Below, piece by piece: positions 37,771-50,738 of a stretch of 64,000 bases of DNA (position 1 is its first letter; every line of letters starts with the position of its first letter). The notes under the pieces were generated by a model. That model searched no databases. It saw only the letters and a list, made by a program, of their open reading frames with translations, and was not told where the DNA came from. This DNA is from Octopus sinensis (lineage: Eukaryota): assembly GCF_006345805.1 (NCBI RefSeq), contig NC_043000.1, forward strand, positions 157,418,001-157,482,000. Direction: 5' to 3'. The position numbers were made by a program, and so were the translations under genes.

Positions 37771-40002
37771 GAACACAACAGTCATTATCCTCTTTATCTT
37801 TTCTGCAATTTTCAGAAATTTAAAAACATGATCTGGATATGTTTATTCGCATCAATTTGTGCAGACAGTCTGTTTTTCTTGACCAGTGAACAGTTTGACG
37901 AAGAACTGCTCCGGTGACTTCCTGCAAGTGACGTATCTGATTTGATGAAATTTCAGTGTCTTCTCATTAAAATTTTGTTTTGAAATTATATCATTCGCGT
38001 TTCATCTTTCTCGAATAGTTTATTCTATGTTGCAGTCTAAAGCTAAATGAACTCAAAATGAGCAACATGTGACCAAAGGTCTTCCAGCTGTGATCCTTCC
38101 GTTTTTATTTCTGGCAGTAAACTTAGGATTCTGTTATCTAGTGAACGCCTTCAAATTTTCTTAAAGACTAGTAAGTTATTATTTGAGGAACATTTAGCTG
38201 TTATTTCTAGAAAACTGAACGAGCATATTGAGGATTCTTCTTATGCAGTAAAAATATCATTCACTTAATATTTTAAGAATGAATGTTATACTTTTTCGAA
38301 CTACCCGTTTTCTTTAGGAAATTGAACACCGAACAATTAAGTGTTAATCTATTTTGTATTTATCTAATAATATTAGTAATATTCCTATTACACTTATGCA
38401 CTTCGACCTTTCGAATTTTGTGAGCACAATTTCGAAATTAAAAATATATTGAGTTACGTTCGTGTAGTTATAGAAATCAGATGGGTGGAGTGTTCAATTC
38501 GAAATTAAAGTGTTTGTTTGCTCATATATGCCGTGTAGTCTTAGTAACAGAAATCACATAAGTTTTGGAAGTAAATAAACATTTAAAGAATACTTATTTT
38601 GCCCAAAAGGCATGACATTTCATCATTATGTCGGTTGATTTCCATTACAACAATCGTTTTGCCTTCTCTATTTAGCCTGATGGAGAACTCTGTGGTTCAT
38701 GTTTCCCACAAGCTATTTACTTGCTTTTGTAAACATGGCTACCAACATCTTCGCACGTCATAACATTGTTGTGACTACATTGTGGATGCAAATACACAAA
38801 TGCTTTAATTTTGAATTGTACTTTCAAACTACTTGATGTCTATAACTACACGAATATAAGTTTAATAAACGATAAGTTTAATAAAATTTCGAACTAGCAC
38901 AGACGAAAATCGAAAGGTCAAAATGCGTATGATATTGGAATATTTTTAATATTATTAAACGTAATTTTTTTTGTTTTAAAGTTTCATAAGAAGAAAAGAA
39001 ATAGTTCGTAAAAATATTTTTATTAAAAGAATAAAAGTGTTTAAGTGATATAGATGTATAGAATAAAGAAAAGGTTTCAACTTCAGCATGAAACAAGGTT
39101 AAGTCCGAGGGCTTTCGCTGCAATATTCACATTAGAAGCAGGAAGCTTGTAGAAAACATCGAACCTCAAGTTTGTTCCACGTGACTAAACTGAAAATAGC
39201 GAAACAACTGCAAAAATGAAAGTCTACATATATAAATCGTATATAAATCGCATTAAAGCTTATTTCATTTATTATTACCGATATGGGCTTTAGCTTTATT
39301 GATTTATGAGATTTGAGGAATAGAGGTAGATTCTGTTTGAGATGTGATTTAACTTTAAATTAATCACAATGGAATAAACTTATACACACAGTAAGGCACT
39401 TAAAGGTAACAGTAACATCCTCTTCTATTAAATGTGGGATATCTTCAATTTGAAATTTCATGTTTAAAAATTTGAATTTTCATGTTTAAACATTCTTTAG
39501 AATGAGATTTGAGAAAGATTTGGCTGTCATTTCTTGCAGGTCGAACGACCATGTAGAAGTATTTTTGTTCGACTGAATTTTGGTGGAAATGACTAAGTCA
39601 CTATAACACTGGCATAACGACCGTTTAATTTTTTCCTTTCCATCTGCCATATTACATTCAAATTTCACTGTAAGCTAATTCAAGTCTTTTCATTCGGAAT
39701 GATGGGTTTGAAATTATCGCGACGGATGATCAATTTCATGAAATATTTAAACATCTACAGAAGAATTTCATATTAATAGATCCGGTAAAAAACATAACAA
39801 AACAAAACAAAAAAAATGAACATGATTCACTGGTATAGAGAATCTCCAGATGGAGACTAACTTCTAGGAAATCGCCAATGATGGCCACACCATTTCATAT
39901 TATATTGGTCTTCTACTATTTCATCTGTTGAATCATTGTTAAATTTTATTCTCTCAGTCCATGTTGGCATGCTGATTAATAATATTACTGATAACAAACT
40001 GA

Positions 40003-40234
40003 AGGCGGTGAGCTGGCAGAAACGTTAGCACGCCGGGGGAAATGCGTAGCCGTATTTTGTCTGTTGTTACGTTCTGAGTTCAAATTCCGCCGAGGTCGAC
40101 TTTGCATTTCATCCTTTCGGGGTCTATAAATTAAGTACCAGTTATGCACTGGGGTCGATGTAATCGACTTAATCCGTTTGTCTGTCCTTGTTTGTCCCCT
40201 CTGTGTTTAGCCCATTGTGGGTAATAAAGAAATA
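40003..40234 (+). mobile_element. SINE family B, full-length with TSD
   Basis: The 22-bp TSD aatatta(c/g)tgataacaaactga lies at 39981-40002 and 40235-40256. Confidence 0.93.
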
Positions 40235-42099
40235 AATATTAGTGATAACAAACTGAGCGGAGTAAATCTCTGTCCCTTAGGTAAGAGAAATGTTTCCTAT
40301 GCAAGCATAAGAAGAAATCAGTACTTACCACATAAAACAAGGCTAGTCGCATGACATCTTCATACCCTTCTATGGTTGCCAAGACACTCATTACTAGGCA
40401 CGAGAAGACTGTGAAAAACCTATGTAATACAAAGAGAAGGATGATAAGTTAGCGACAGGATCGAAATAGGAAGACAGTTTTCTGGAAGCTAGTAAAAAAA
40501 AGGAAAAGCAACAACAACAATAGTATGTAGAAAAAAAAACACAAAACAACAAACAGGCTCTTTTGTATTCATCGTATCGTCATGTGTTGAAATATAATCT
40601 AAACTTGTACGAAATTCTAATCAGAACGTTTGACAGATAAAGATAAAAAAACCAAAGAAAAAGAAGTCTTGACTATATATGATGATTTATATAATGATTT
40701 AGGCATAAGTAATGTTAGCCTTATGGCTACATACTTATGCAAGAAAGAAAATAAATGAGCTAGTATTCCTGCATTTCTCGGAATTATAAGCGACATAAAT
40801 GAAGTGAACTCCAATAGGTAGTGAACAGTCATGAATTGATTTGAACATTCTTTAATGTCTAACAGACTGAAATATCCTCGGCTACAGACATTTGTAAAAG
40901 CAGCTATTTTGATAATCTACAGGGGATAGAAGACAAACTATTCTATTGGCATGTGTGTTGAATATTTCAAACAGGGTTATTACTTTTTATGCAGTTTTAT
41001 GACATCCAAGTCAGACATGTTCAGTGTTCGAAGTAAATTACAGACACGCTAATACAGACACATACAGACACAAAGAAATACACACACACAATCATATACA
41101 CACATGCATTGAGTTACATAGGATAGTATATGGACGTCGATATATTGTCATTTCGTTACCATTACTGCTATGATTTAAACCGTGATGGATTTGGAACAGG
41201 AAAAACTGTGGACATGTAGGTAATGTGTAGAGTTCAGGATAAATCATATCTCAGCCTAATGGAAGTATATACTGTGCACTCTACAATGCCATGGTTTATC
41301 ACGTGAGCACCATGTGAAGGATTGGGGTATAATGCTTTTTATTGTCATCCAGTTTAGTATATACGTGTATGTTCAGAGAAGAGGAAGACAAAATAGATTT
41401 GCTAGGAACTTGATGGTAGTTACTAAGTACTTATCATCCAAGCAAAAGATTTATTCTATCTTACTCTCTGCCCTCTTCTCTATCTTTCCTATATTATCAT
41501 TTCTTTCGTCACTCTTACCTTCCCACTATTCGAACAATCCTTCCAAATACATTACATTTTCTGTCAGTTCTTTACATCGTTTTTTGATATTTTATTCTCC
41601 CAACCGCAGAAAATAATTTCATAACTTTTTAGTCATTGTTGTTTAATCTCAAGAAAGCCTCGACAAGTAGACTTATGATCAAATGCATTCCAGCCATGAC
41701 TATACGGTCTGTGTTTTCACTACAATATCCAATACTTCATCAATGCTACAGAAAGGCGATTTGGCTGTTAATTCTGTCGGATGTATCTACCATGTAGTAT
41801 CTACTACCATGTAACGTCTCTCGATCTGTCCAAATTAATTAACCATACAGTAATGCCTGAACAAAATGTTTCTTATATGATACTCATGCATTTCAAAAAA
41901 TTACAAGCGACATGCTCTTCTAGAAATAGTGAATGGTCACAAATTAATCGAAAACTTTGTGTCTTACAGTTTTCAGGAAATATCCTGTTATGGACACACG
42001 TAACAACTGCTTTAGAACGGACAAGAGTGATTTAACCTTAAAAAATCAGCATGAGTCGAAGTGTAATAAATATTAATCTTGAGCAGAGTAAACCTAAGC

Positions 42100-42667
42100 A
42101 AAAGCCAGCAAGCCACTGATCTTGAAAAAGTGTAAACAAGCAATAATAAATCTCTGAACGAGGTATAAATAGTAGCTGCACGACAATGTGAAATATATTC
42201 GCCACTTAAATGTGGCTAACCACTAAGGGTGGATGTTACTGTAGCTTGTAGCCATAGGAGAACATCTCCAGCTGGCTATTGACACACTTTCTGTGCCCTA
42301 TCAGTATTTGTAAAGGGAAGTCATCCTTCCCATCGTTGACCTGACGTGATACGCACGGACTCGGGCTTCTGAGTATTGACCCGTCGTCAGCGCACTTTTC
42401 GTCACTGGAAAAAGGATATATGTATTTGCATTGGGACTCCTTCGCATCGAAGACCGGTGATTGTCGTACGCTAACGACGGGTAAATACCCAGAAAACCCG
42501 GTCCGTGCGTATCACGTCAGGTCGACGATAGGAAGGATGGCTTCCTTTTGCAAATATTGATAGGGCACACAAAGTGTGTCAATAGCCAGCTGGAGAAGAT
42601 GTTCTGGGGCTACAAGCTACAGTAGCATCCACCCTTAGTGGTTAGCCACATTTAAGTGGCAAATATA
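42100..42667. mobile_element. Long inverted-repeat element (about 215-bp arms) with a minimal hammerhead in each arm; probable Penelope-like pLTR remnant
   Basis: Arms lie at about 42194-42408 and 42454-42667. The right arm reads gtacg-CTAACGA-c-gggtaaataccc-a-GAAAAC-CCG-GTC-cgtgc. The left arm (minus) reads gtgcg-CTGACGA-c-gggtcaatactc-a-GAAGC-CCGA-GTC-cgtgc. Confidence 0.8.
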
Positions 42668-42668
42668 C

Positions 42669-42701
<33 letters not shown>

Positions 42702-42770
42702 TCTTGTTTGTGTGTATATATATATATATATGTATATATGTGTGTGTGTGTGTGTGTTCTTGTTTGTGTG

Positions 42771-42822
<52 letters not shown>

Positions 42823-43334
42823 CTTGTTTGTGTATATATATATATATATATATATATGTCTATACGTGTCGCGTACACGTATGTATATATGCATGTATGC
42901 GTGTATATATGTATGGATGTATTTATGTATGTATGTATGTATGTATGTATCTATATAAGTGCGTGGGTGTCTGCCCGTATTTATGTATCTATTGATGATT
43001 GCATATATCAATAAACAGGTTAAATGTTTCGAATAATGTTATAGTTTATACGCACCATTTGCAAAATCAAGAAAAAATAGCTACGAGACCATGAAGACTG
43101 CTACCTTCAATGAAACAGCAACAGCAAAATATCATCATCATCACCAGCAGCACGACCACAACTATTACCATCATTTCCTCAAGGGATTTTTTTCCCGCTT
43201 CAAATATATGTATTCGTTCTGTGAGATAAGGATAGTATACCGGAGAAATGTAAAACAATGTCTCCAAATTGTATACTAAACAATACTAGTATGTTCAGTA
43301 TGCTTTCCATAGTATAGCAATATTAGTATTGTCT

Positions 43335-43915
43335 TTTCGTCTGTTTTTACGTTCTGAGTTCAAATTCAGCCGAGGTCAACTTTACCTTTCATCCTTTCGG
43401 GGTCGATAAATTAACAACCAGTTGCGTACTGGAGTTGTTCTAGTCGACTGGACCTCTTTCCCAAAATTTCGGGCCTTGTGCCTAGATTAAAGAACAATAT
43501 TAATATTGTTTTCAAGGCTGTGAGCTGGAAGAAACGTTTGCACGCCGGGCGAAATGCTTAGCGGTATTTTGTCTGCCGTTACGTTCTGAGTTTAAATTCC
43601 GCCGAGGTCGACTTTGCATTTCATCCTTTCGGGGTCGATAAATTAAGTACCAGTAACGCACTGGTGTCGATATAATCGACTTAATCTATTTGTCTGTTCT
43701 TGTTCGTTCCCTCTATGTTTAGTCCCTTGTGGGTAGTAAATAAATAGGTATTTCGTCTGTCTTTACATTCTGAGTTCAAATTTCGCCGAGGTCGACTTTG
43801 CCTTTCATCCTCTCGGGGTCGAAATATTAACTACCAGTTGTGTACTGGGGTCGATCTAATCCACTGGTCCGCTCCTCAAAAATTTCGGACTTTGTACCTA
43901 GTGTAGAAAAGAATA
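43335..43915 (+). mobile_element. Cluster of SINE family B units (headless unit plus dimeric copy)
   Basis: Three central domains, with similar flanks aatatta.tat.gt at about 43319, 43496 and 43912. Confidence 0.9.
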
Positions 43916-44439
43916 TTAATATCGTCTAACACACCACCGGATATCGAACTGAAATTGATAGGGTTACAATATATTTCATCAGTGAAGCTACTTTCATTAA
44001 TGATGAAATTTTCTAGGTAGGTAACATAGTTTACCTCATATGGCTCCTGGGTGTTGTTAGCAATAAGATGAAGCTACACCTTTTAGTTCGCGGCAAAACT
44101 TGATTGTTAAAGAACTTCAATCTCTAGGATATTAATTGTTAAGTGAACTTCTTAGATGTAGCGCCAACGGCATCTGATAACCACTGCATTATGGGTTTGA
44201 GCTATATCAAAGTTTGTAGGCGCAGTGAGTGATGTGGTGTAGGCAGTTTCTCGGCGGATTAATTCTAGGTTAAATTTAAAGGCACAACCTTGTCTCATGC
44301 TGATTTTACCCCAGAATTTCTTTCAGAGGATACCTGTCTATTGAATGCATAACCTTTCATATGTTAATTCAATGAGCAGGTAATTGATTTGACCGTACTA
44401 CTGAATTTTCATTGCCGAAACCGAGAAGGAGATGTCCAT

Positions 44440-44442
44440 CCG

Positions 44443-44507
<65 letters not shown>

Positions 44508-44511
44508 ATAG

Positions 44512-44573
<62 letters not shown>

Positions 44574-44725
44574 GTTTGTCTATCTATTTGTCTGTCTAGT
44601 TGTCTGTCTGTCTATCCATTTGTTTGTCTATTTGTCTGGGTGTCTATCTGATGTCTATCTTTTTGTCTGTCTATTTGTCTGCCTAGCTAATTGTCTATCT
44701 GTCTGTCTATCTGTTTGTCTGTCTG

Positions 44726-44801
<76 letters not shown>

Positions 44802-44802
44802 A
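44440..44802. repeat. (ATCT)n/(GTCT)n tetranucleotide microsatellite
   Basis: Direct reading. Confidence 0.95.
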
Positions 44803-45574
44803 CAACACTGCATGCGAAATAATTGATTAAATATTCAGTTTCCTTCCAGGACATCCTTGAGGCTTTCCTCAATTCAGATCTCACAACTACTTTAAATAAA
44901 ATCCATTTTTCCATTATATTTATTTAACACAATCAGTGATATGTGTAAATAATTTATTTACTTCTAACTAGGGAAACAGGAAAAAAAAATGCAAATTTTC
45001 AACAATAAATTTTTATCCACAAAACAAATATAAATAAAAGAAGCAACAAAAAAACAAAAACCCTGCAATCATTTACTATTTGTACCATAATAGATCCGGC
45101 ACTGGGGGAATAATAAGCAACATCAATAAATAAATAAATAAATAAATAAAATGAGAACTGAATAGTACACCAATTGCTTTCCTAACCATGTACTTATATT
45201 GTTTAATAGTTAACTCGTGTCTGAGTTTTTGAAGTGAGGGCACAAACTTCAACATAAAACAATGCAATTGTACTGTCAGCAAATAATGTATGGTCGTAGT
45301 TTTGTGATACGCATATACTTCCAAATACCCTTACACAAGCATACGTAGGAACGAATACGCATGAGCTAACAACGATATTCATAATGAAACACGCATGGCT
45401 GCGTACAGACATCTCGACATCTGTTGCTTACATATTACATACGTATTTGAGATCTGTTATGCACACACACACACGCACGCTACACACACACACACAAACA
45501 CATACACACACACATCAAATACACATCAAATACAAGGGAACTGATATAATTATGCAGAGCATACGTATGTAAAT

Positions 45575-45623
<49 letters not shown>

Positions 45624-45624
45624 G

Positions 45625-45658
<34 letters not shown>

Positions 45659-45978
45659 AAAACTACAAAACAAAACTGTCATATATTTCTCACTCTCCCC
45701 CACCGAATATATATATGAATATACACACACACAAACACACACCAGCTACATATATCTATAAATATTTATATAAATTACATATATGTACAATAGATATGTA
45801 TGTATGTATACGCGCACACACATACATGTGTATACACATACACGTGTATACACACGCGCGCACGCACACGCACATATATATTAATGTTCTACTTTATTGT
45901 GATGTTTCGAAATTTGATATATCCGGCTGAATACCTCAGCGTATGCTTGTGTGTGTATGTGTGCATATACATATACGT

Positions 45979-46029
<51 letters not shown>

Positions 46030-46117
46030 AATGTATATATATATATATATAAATGTATGTACATATGTATATATAATTGTATGTTTATATGCATACATGT
46101 ACATGTATATATGTATG

Positions 46118-46150
<33 letters not shown>

Positions 46151-46320
46151 TATATTCACACATACACATAATATACATATATGCATATTCGTATATTTAT
46201 ATAAATATATGTGTATGTACATATGTATATCTATCTACCAATCTATCCGTATACATACGTGAGTGACTATATTTTTTGAGAACTGCGTATTAGTATATAT
46301 ATATATATATATATATTTAT

Positions 46321-46356
<36 letters not shown>

Positions 46357-46844
46357 TTGCAAATACATGCACACATATGCGTGCATGTGTATGTATGAGG
46401 GTATGTAGGCTTATTTATTTGTTTGCTTGCGTGTTTTTCGCTGTGAAGCAGGGACGTATATAAGAGGTGACAATGCTACGGAAGGTTGAACATAAACAGC
46501 TTGTGGTTCAGTATCATAAAGCTAGGGAAATAAATACACATAAAATCAATCGTTACTAAAAGGATTGTTCAGTGGAGCAAGGACCCGTTTATCGCAACAA
46601 GCCACTTGCTCCTACACCTATAAACAAAAGCACATACTTACACATATGCACACACGCACATACACACTTGTGTGTCTGCGTGTATGGATATATGTCTGTG
46701 TGTAGTTATATGTGTAAGAGTAAAGCAAACATTTGCACATATTTATATATACAGAGACAAATATGCATCTATAAATACACAAACTCACATACATTTATAC
46801 ACACACATACATTCATACACATGTATATGTATGTACGTGTGTAT

Positions 46845-47225
46845 CTTTTATCTTTTGCTTGTTTCAGTCATTAGACTGCAGCTATGCTGGGGCACTGCCT
46901 TGAAGAATTTTAGGCGAATGGATCGCCCCAAGTACTTTGAAACCTAGTAATTTTCTATCGGACACTTTTACCAAACTTCTAAGTTGCTGGAACGTAAACA
47001 CATCGACACTGGTTGTCAAGCAATGCAACAGGAAGTCACACGCGCACACACAAACACACACGCACATATGCATACAGATACACATACACATATATGTATA
47101 CCACGGGCTTCTTTCAGTTTCCAAATGCCAAATCCACTCACAAGGCTTTGATAGGCCTGAAGCTATAGGTAGACACTTGACCAAAATGCCACGCAGAGAG
47201 ACTGAACCCGGAGCCATGCGGTTAG
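46845..47225 (-). mobile_element. SINE family A, diverged copy lacking the extreme head
   Basis: tgtttcagtcattagactgcagctatgctgg through to aatccactcacaaggctttg and gactgaacccggagccatg. Confidence 0.82.
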
Positions 47226-47548
47226 GTGTATATAACTCTTTAACTAGTTACAGCATGGGAGCTGCGGCCATGCTGGAGCACCGTCGTCATTGCGGATTTG
47301 TTTTTGATGAATTTCAATACATAATATATAATATATAATATATGATACATATATATGTCTGTATGAGTTAGGGGTTAAGAAACCATCTAAGGGATATTGA
47401 ATATCCAATATACTACTAGATATATACCTGCGTACTTTTAACGAAGTGTTTACTATTGCATGGCAATATTGCATTTGAATGCTAGGTATGGGTTGGGGTA
47501 AATTGGAAATTCACTCAGGATTTATAAGGCAAATAAAGTAAATGGAGA

Positions 47549-48121
47549 GGATATGAGATCGACAAACATTAGCCAGTAAACATTCCATTATATCTATTTA
47601 CTAAATAACAAACATGTATTTAAGTGGTGCAAGTAAACGAAGGAGATCAGCCAATAAATACGTAAACAAATATATATATATAGAGAGAGAGATGAATGGA
47701 TAATGATAGATGAGCGTACAGATACAAGTCTCATACGGCCGTTTTTGCCATGCGGTTTCAGAATCTTCCAAGTCCTCCTCATCATGTTAGTGATATACAG
47801 GGATGAACAAACATTGGACAGAGATTGGATATGGGGTTGAACCCCAAGGCTTCTTCAGAAAGTACAAATGTTAGGAAACTCACACGATGAGGATGACTTG
47901 GAAGATTCTGAGACCTCATGGTAGAAACGGCCGTAAGGGATTTGTATATGTAAACTTATCTATTATTATCCATTCATCTCTCTCTCTCTATATATATCTA
48001 TTTACATATTTATTGGCTGTTCTCATTCGTTTCCTTGTACCCCTTAAACACATGTTTGTTATCATTTAATAAAGAGATATAATGGAATGTTTACTGGCTG
48101 ATGTTTGTCGATTTTATATCC
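47549..48121. mobile_element. Long inverted-repeat element (about 243-bp diverged arms) carrying a hammerhead with a 106-nt stem II
   Basis: Arms lie at about 47549-47791 and 47878-48121. The minus strand reads cttt-CTGAAGA(47858-47852)-agccttggggttca...tgaaaccgcatggca-AAAAC-GGCC-GTA. The right arm keeps GAAAC-GGCC-GTA. Confidence 0.72.
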
Positions 48122-48313
48122 GGCCTGCCTGTATAATATTCTATTTCGATCACATAATTGGGGGCCCCAAATTCTCATTCTTTATCTTTCCTATCGTCCT
48201 CTTTCGTGACTTCTTTTACTCTCTTCTTTTCTTCTACACACATATACATTAGTATCTATACACCCGCCCTCCTTCCCGATATTTATCATATTTCTACTGT
48301 TTGATATACATAC

Positions 48314-48400
<87 letters not shown>

Positions 48401-48428
48401 CGAGAAAGAAGCAACAAGAATGGATAGG

Positions 48429-48521
48429 TTTTTAGTACGATCGTTTCATACAAGGACAGGTTTTATTAAAAGTTGCAAAGATTACAGCATATAAACGAGT
48501 CCCGTACTCATCAGCTAAAAT
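48429..48521 (-). ncRNA. Type I hammerhead ribozyme, intact core, 60-nt stem II (left arm)
   Basis: Mirror image of 48712-48804. Confidence 0.8.
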
Positions 48522-48711
48522 ACATGTAAGTTCTCTAGACATCCTAGTGTTTGAGGCTATACTCATGAAGTAATGTAGATAATTAAACAGATTTCTAAAG
48601 AACTTTAAAGAACTTTAATGAACTTTAATGAACTTTAGAAATCTGTTTAATTATCTACATTACTTCATGAGTATAGCCTCAAACACTAGGATGTCTAGAG
48701 AACTTACATGT

Positions 48712-48804
48712 TTTTTAGCTGATGAGTACGGGACTCGTTTATATGCTGTAATCTTTGCAACTTTTAATAAAACCTGTCCTTGTATGAAACGATCGTACTA
48801 AAAA
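48712..48804 (+). ncRNA. Type I hammerhead ribozyme, intact core, 60-nt stem II (right arm)
   Basis: tttttag-CTGATGA-gtacgggac...gtccttgtat-GAAAC-GATC-GTA-ctaaaaa. It has a 7-bp stem I, a paired stem II base, the palindromic stem III ACGATCGT and a GUA cleavage triplet. Confidence 0.85.
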
Positions 48805-49006
48805 CCTATCCATTCTTGTTGCTTCTTTCTCGCTTATAATCACCCCACATTACTGTATTGTTAAATCAGTATAGTTTTTTTTGGTGCATCTAAGTTAGGT
48901 ACCATATTCAAGTAAATTTTTTAAATTAACTTGAATCTTTATTGCTCTTTGTATATATATATATATATATATACTTTATTTAAAGCAGCAGAAAATTCAA
49001 CAAAAC

Positions 49007-49044
49007 CTGTTACTCAGAGTTTCACGTTCCTGTTCGTCGGACAG
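49007..49044 (-). ncRNA. Minimal type I hammerhead variant (CCGACGA core)
   Basis: ctgt-CCGACGA-ac-aggaac-gt-GAAAC-TCTGA-GTA-acag, with AATAAA about 25 nt downstream and then (TA)n. Confidence 0.6.
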
Positions 49045-49123
49045 TTTTTGCTTGAATATTACTCTACCACTGGTATTTGAGTACTCTTTTTTCCACCTTG
49101 TTTCACATTTATGTGTTTACTCC

Positions 49124-49204
<81 letters not shown>

Positions 49205-49852
49205 TGTGTGTGTGTGTGTGTGAATATTTGTTACCCACATTCTAACTATAGTTTCTCTTCCCATTCCTCTCCCCCAGTGCTACATTCTCTCCTATTTTCC
49301 TTTCCTTTCCGGGTATCTCTTACATTATTTCTACGAGTCAATAACGTACATTCTTTTTCTCCTACTCTTTTCTCTGCCAATAGTTCACATCCTCTCGCTC
49401 TGCTATAAACCTCTTGGTTATTTTTTCCTTTTTCTCACCTATCCTAATTTCCCTTATACTATTTCTATGGTATTTTATTTTCAAATTAATAATGCGTGAC
49501 GTACAACCGGTACACAATAATTGAACATAATTACAAACATACGTACATAAGATACATCGCGTATGCATACTTAACGAAATACATGTATCTATACATATAC
49601 ATACTCACATGCACTTACACACTTACATTGACACGGACGCAAAATACATGCATATATACATATGTACGTATTTCCATAGATATACATACGTTTGCCCCTG
49701 TATGCATTTAATTGTGTAGCTATGCATGCGTGTATATATGTCTATAAAACCAATGTATAATTTTGGCGGGGAACGAGATTTTTCGAATACATTTCCTTCC
49801 AAAATTAATATTGTTGGACACTAAACTCATAAATTCCTACTTATATATATAT

Positions 49853-49941
49853 AACCAAAAAATAAGCAACAAGAATGGATCGGTAGTTTAGTACAATTGT
49901 TTCATACTATAAACATTTTATTAAAGCTGCAAATATTACAG

Positions 49942-49945
<4 letters not shown>
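49853..49945 (-). mobile_element. Fragment of the 48.4-kb HHR element family between (TA)n tracts
   Basis: aagcaacaagaatggat...tttagtacaattgtttcatac, which reads GAAAC-AATT-GTA-ctaaa on the minus strand. Confidence 0.75.
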
Positions 49946-50002
<57 letters not shown>

Positions 50003-50689
50003 ATGTATGTATGTATATTAAAATCTGTTATATGCAATAGATGCAGTATTAGATTAAACTGCCTATCTATGTATCATATTTAATTTAAATATATCGCTGA
50101 AAGGCAAAGTTACTGCTACATATAACATCTGTTATGGCCGTGCTTTGTCTAAAAGCCAGAATATATATTGGAGGGAGACGGAAGGCGTATCAGCAATGAA
50201 TACCGAGAACGCCAGATGTAATTCTATCTCGTTGGGCCTTTTAATCTGTGTGAACTCAAAGCTAGTTTTATGCTTAGGAGAGATTTGTGCTACCGTATAT
50301 AAGAAAGCATTTAAGAAACATACACTGGTATTACACATAACCACCCGGCCGAATAACAAGCTGTTATAAGCAATAAAAGCAATATTAAATTTAAATAAAC
50401 ATCTATGTATCATATTTTATATAAACACATCATTGAAAGGTAGATTTCCTGCGGTATTTTAAGGCGAGAGATTATGAGATTTAGAAAAATTGGAAGATAT
50501 TTCTATCAGATCGAGAAACCAGGTAGAGACACCTGGAAGTTAAAACTAGGGGAAAGCCATATTACTGCAGCTTTGAAAGATATAAAGGGGAGACATTTAG
50601 CACAACTAAATCTCTTTTAAAGGAAAGAAAACTGGAAAACAAATTGAAGTAAATGTGAGTTTCGGGTGAAGAACTAATTTTAAAAGTGA

Positions 50690-50738
<49 letters not shown>

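Larger units (their letters stand above)
48395..48950. mobile_element. Young palindromic element: 206-bp arms, 32-bp spacer, about 110-bp one-sided tail, inserted in (TA)n; probable Penelope-like pLTR remnant
   Basis: Arms 48395-48600 and 48633-48838 differ at one position that I could find. The spacer consists of gaactttaa(a/t) 10-mers, and (TA)n flanks both sides. Confidence 0.9.

Noticed and set aside
42194-48838. Long inverted repeats as MITEs or miRNA precursors
   Set aside because: The arms are asymmetric with one-sided tails, lack TSDs, contain hammerhead cores and also occur as single arms (56354). This fits PLE-type inversions better.
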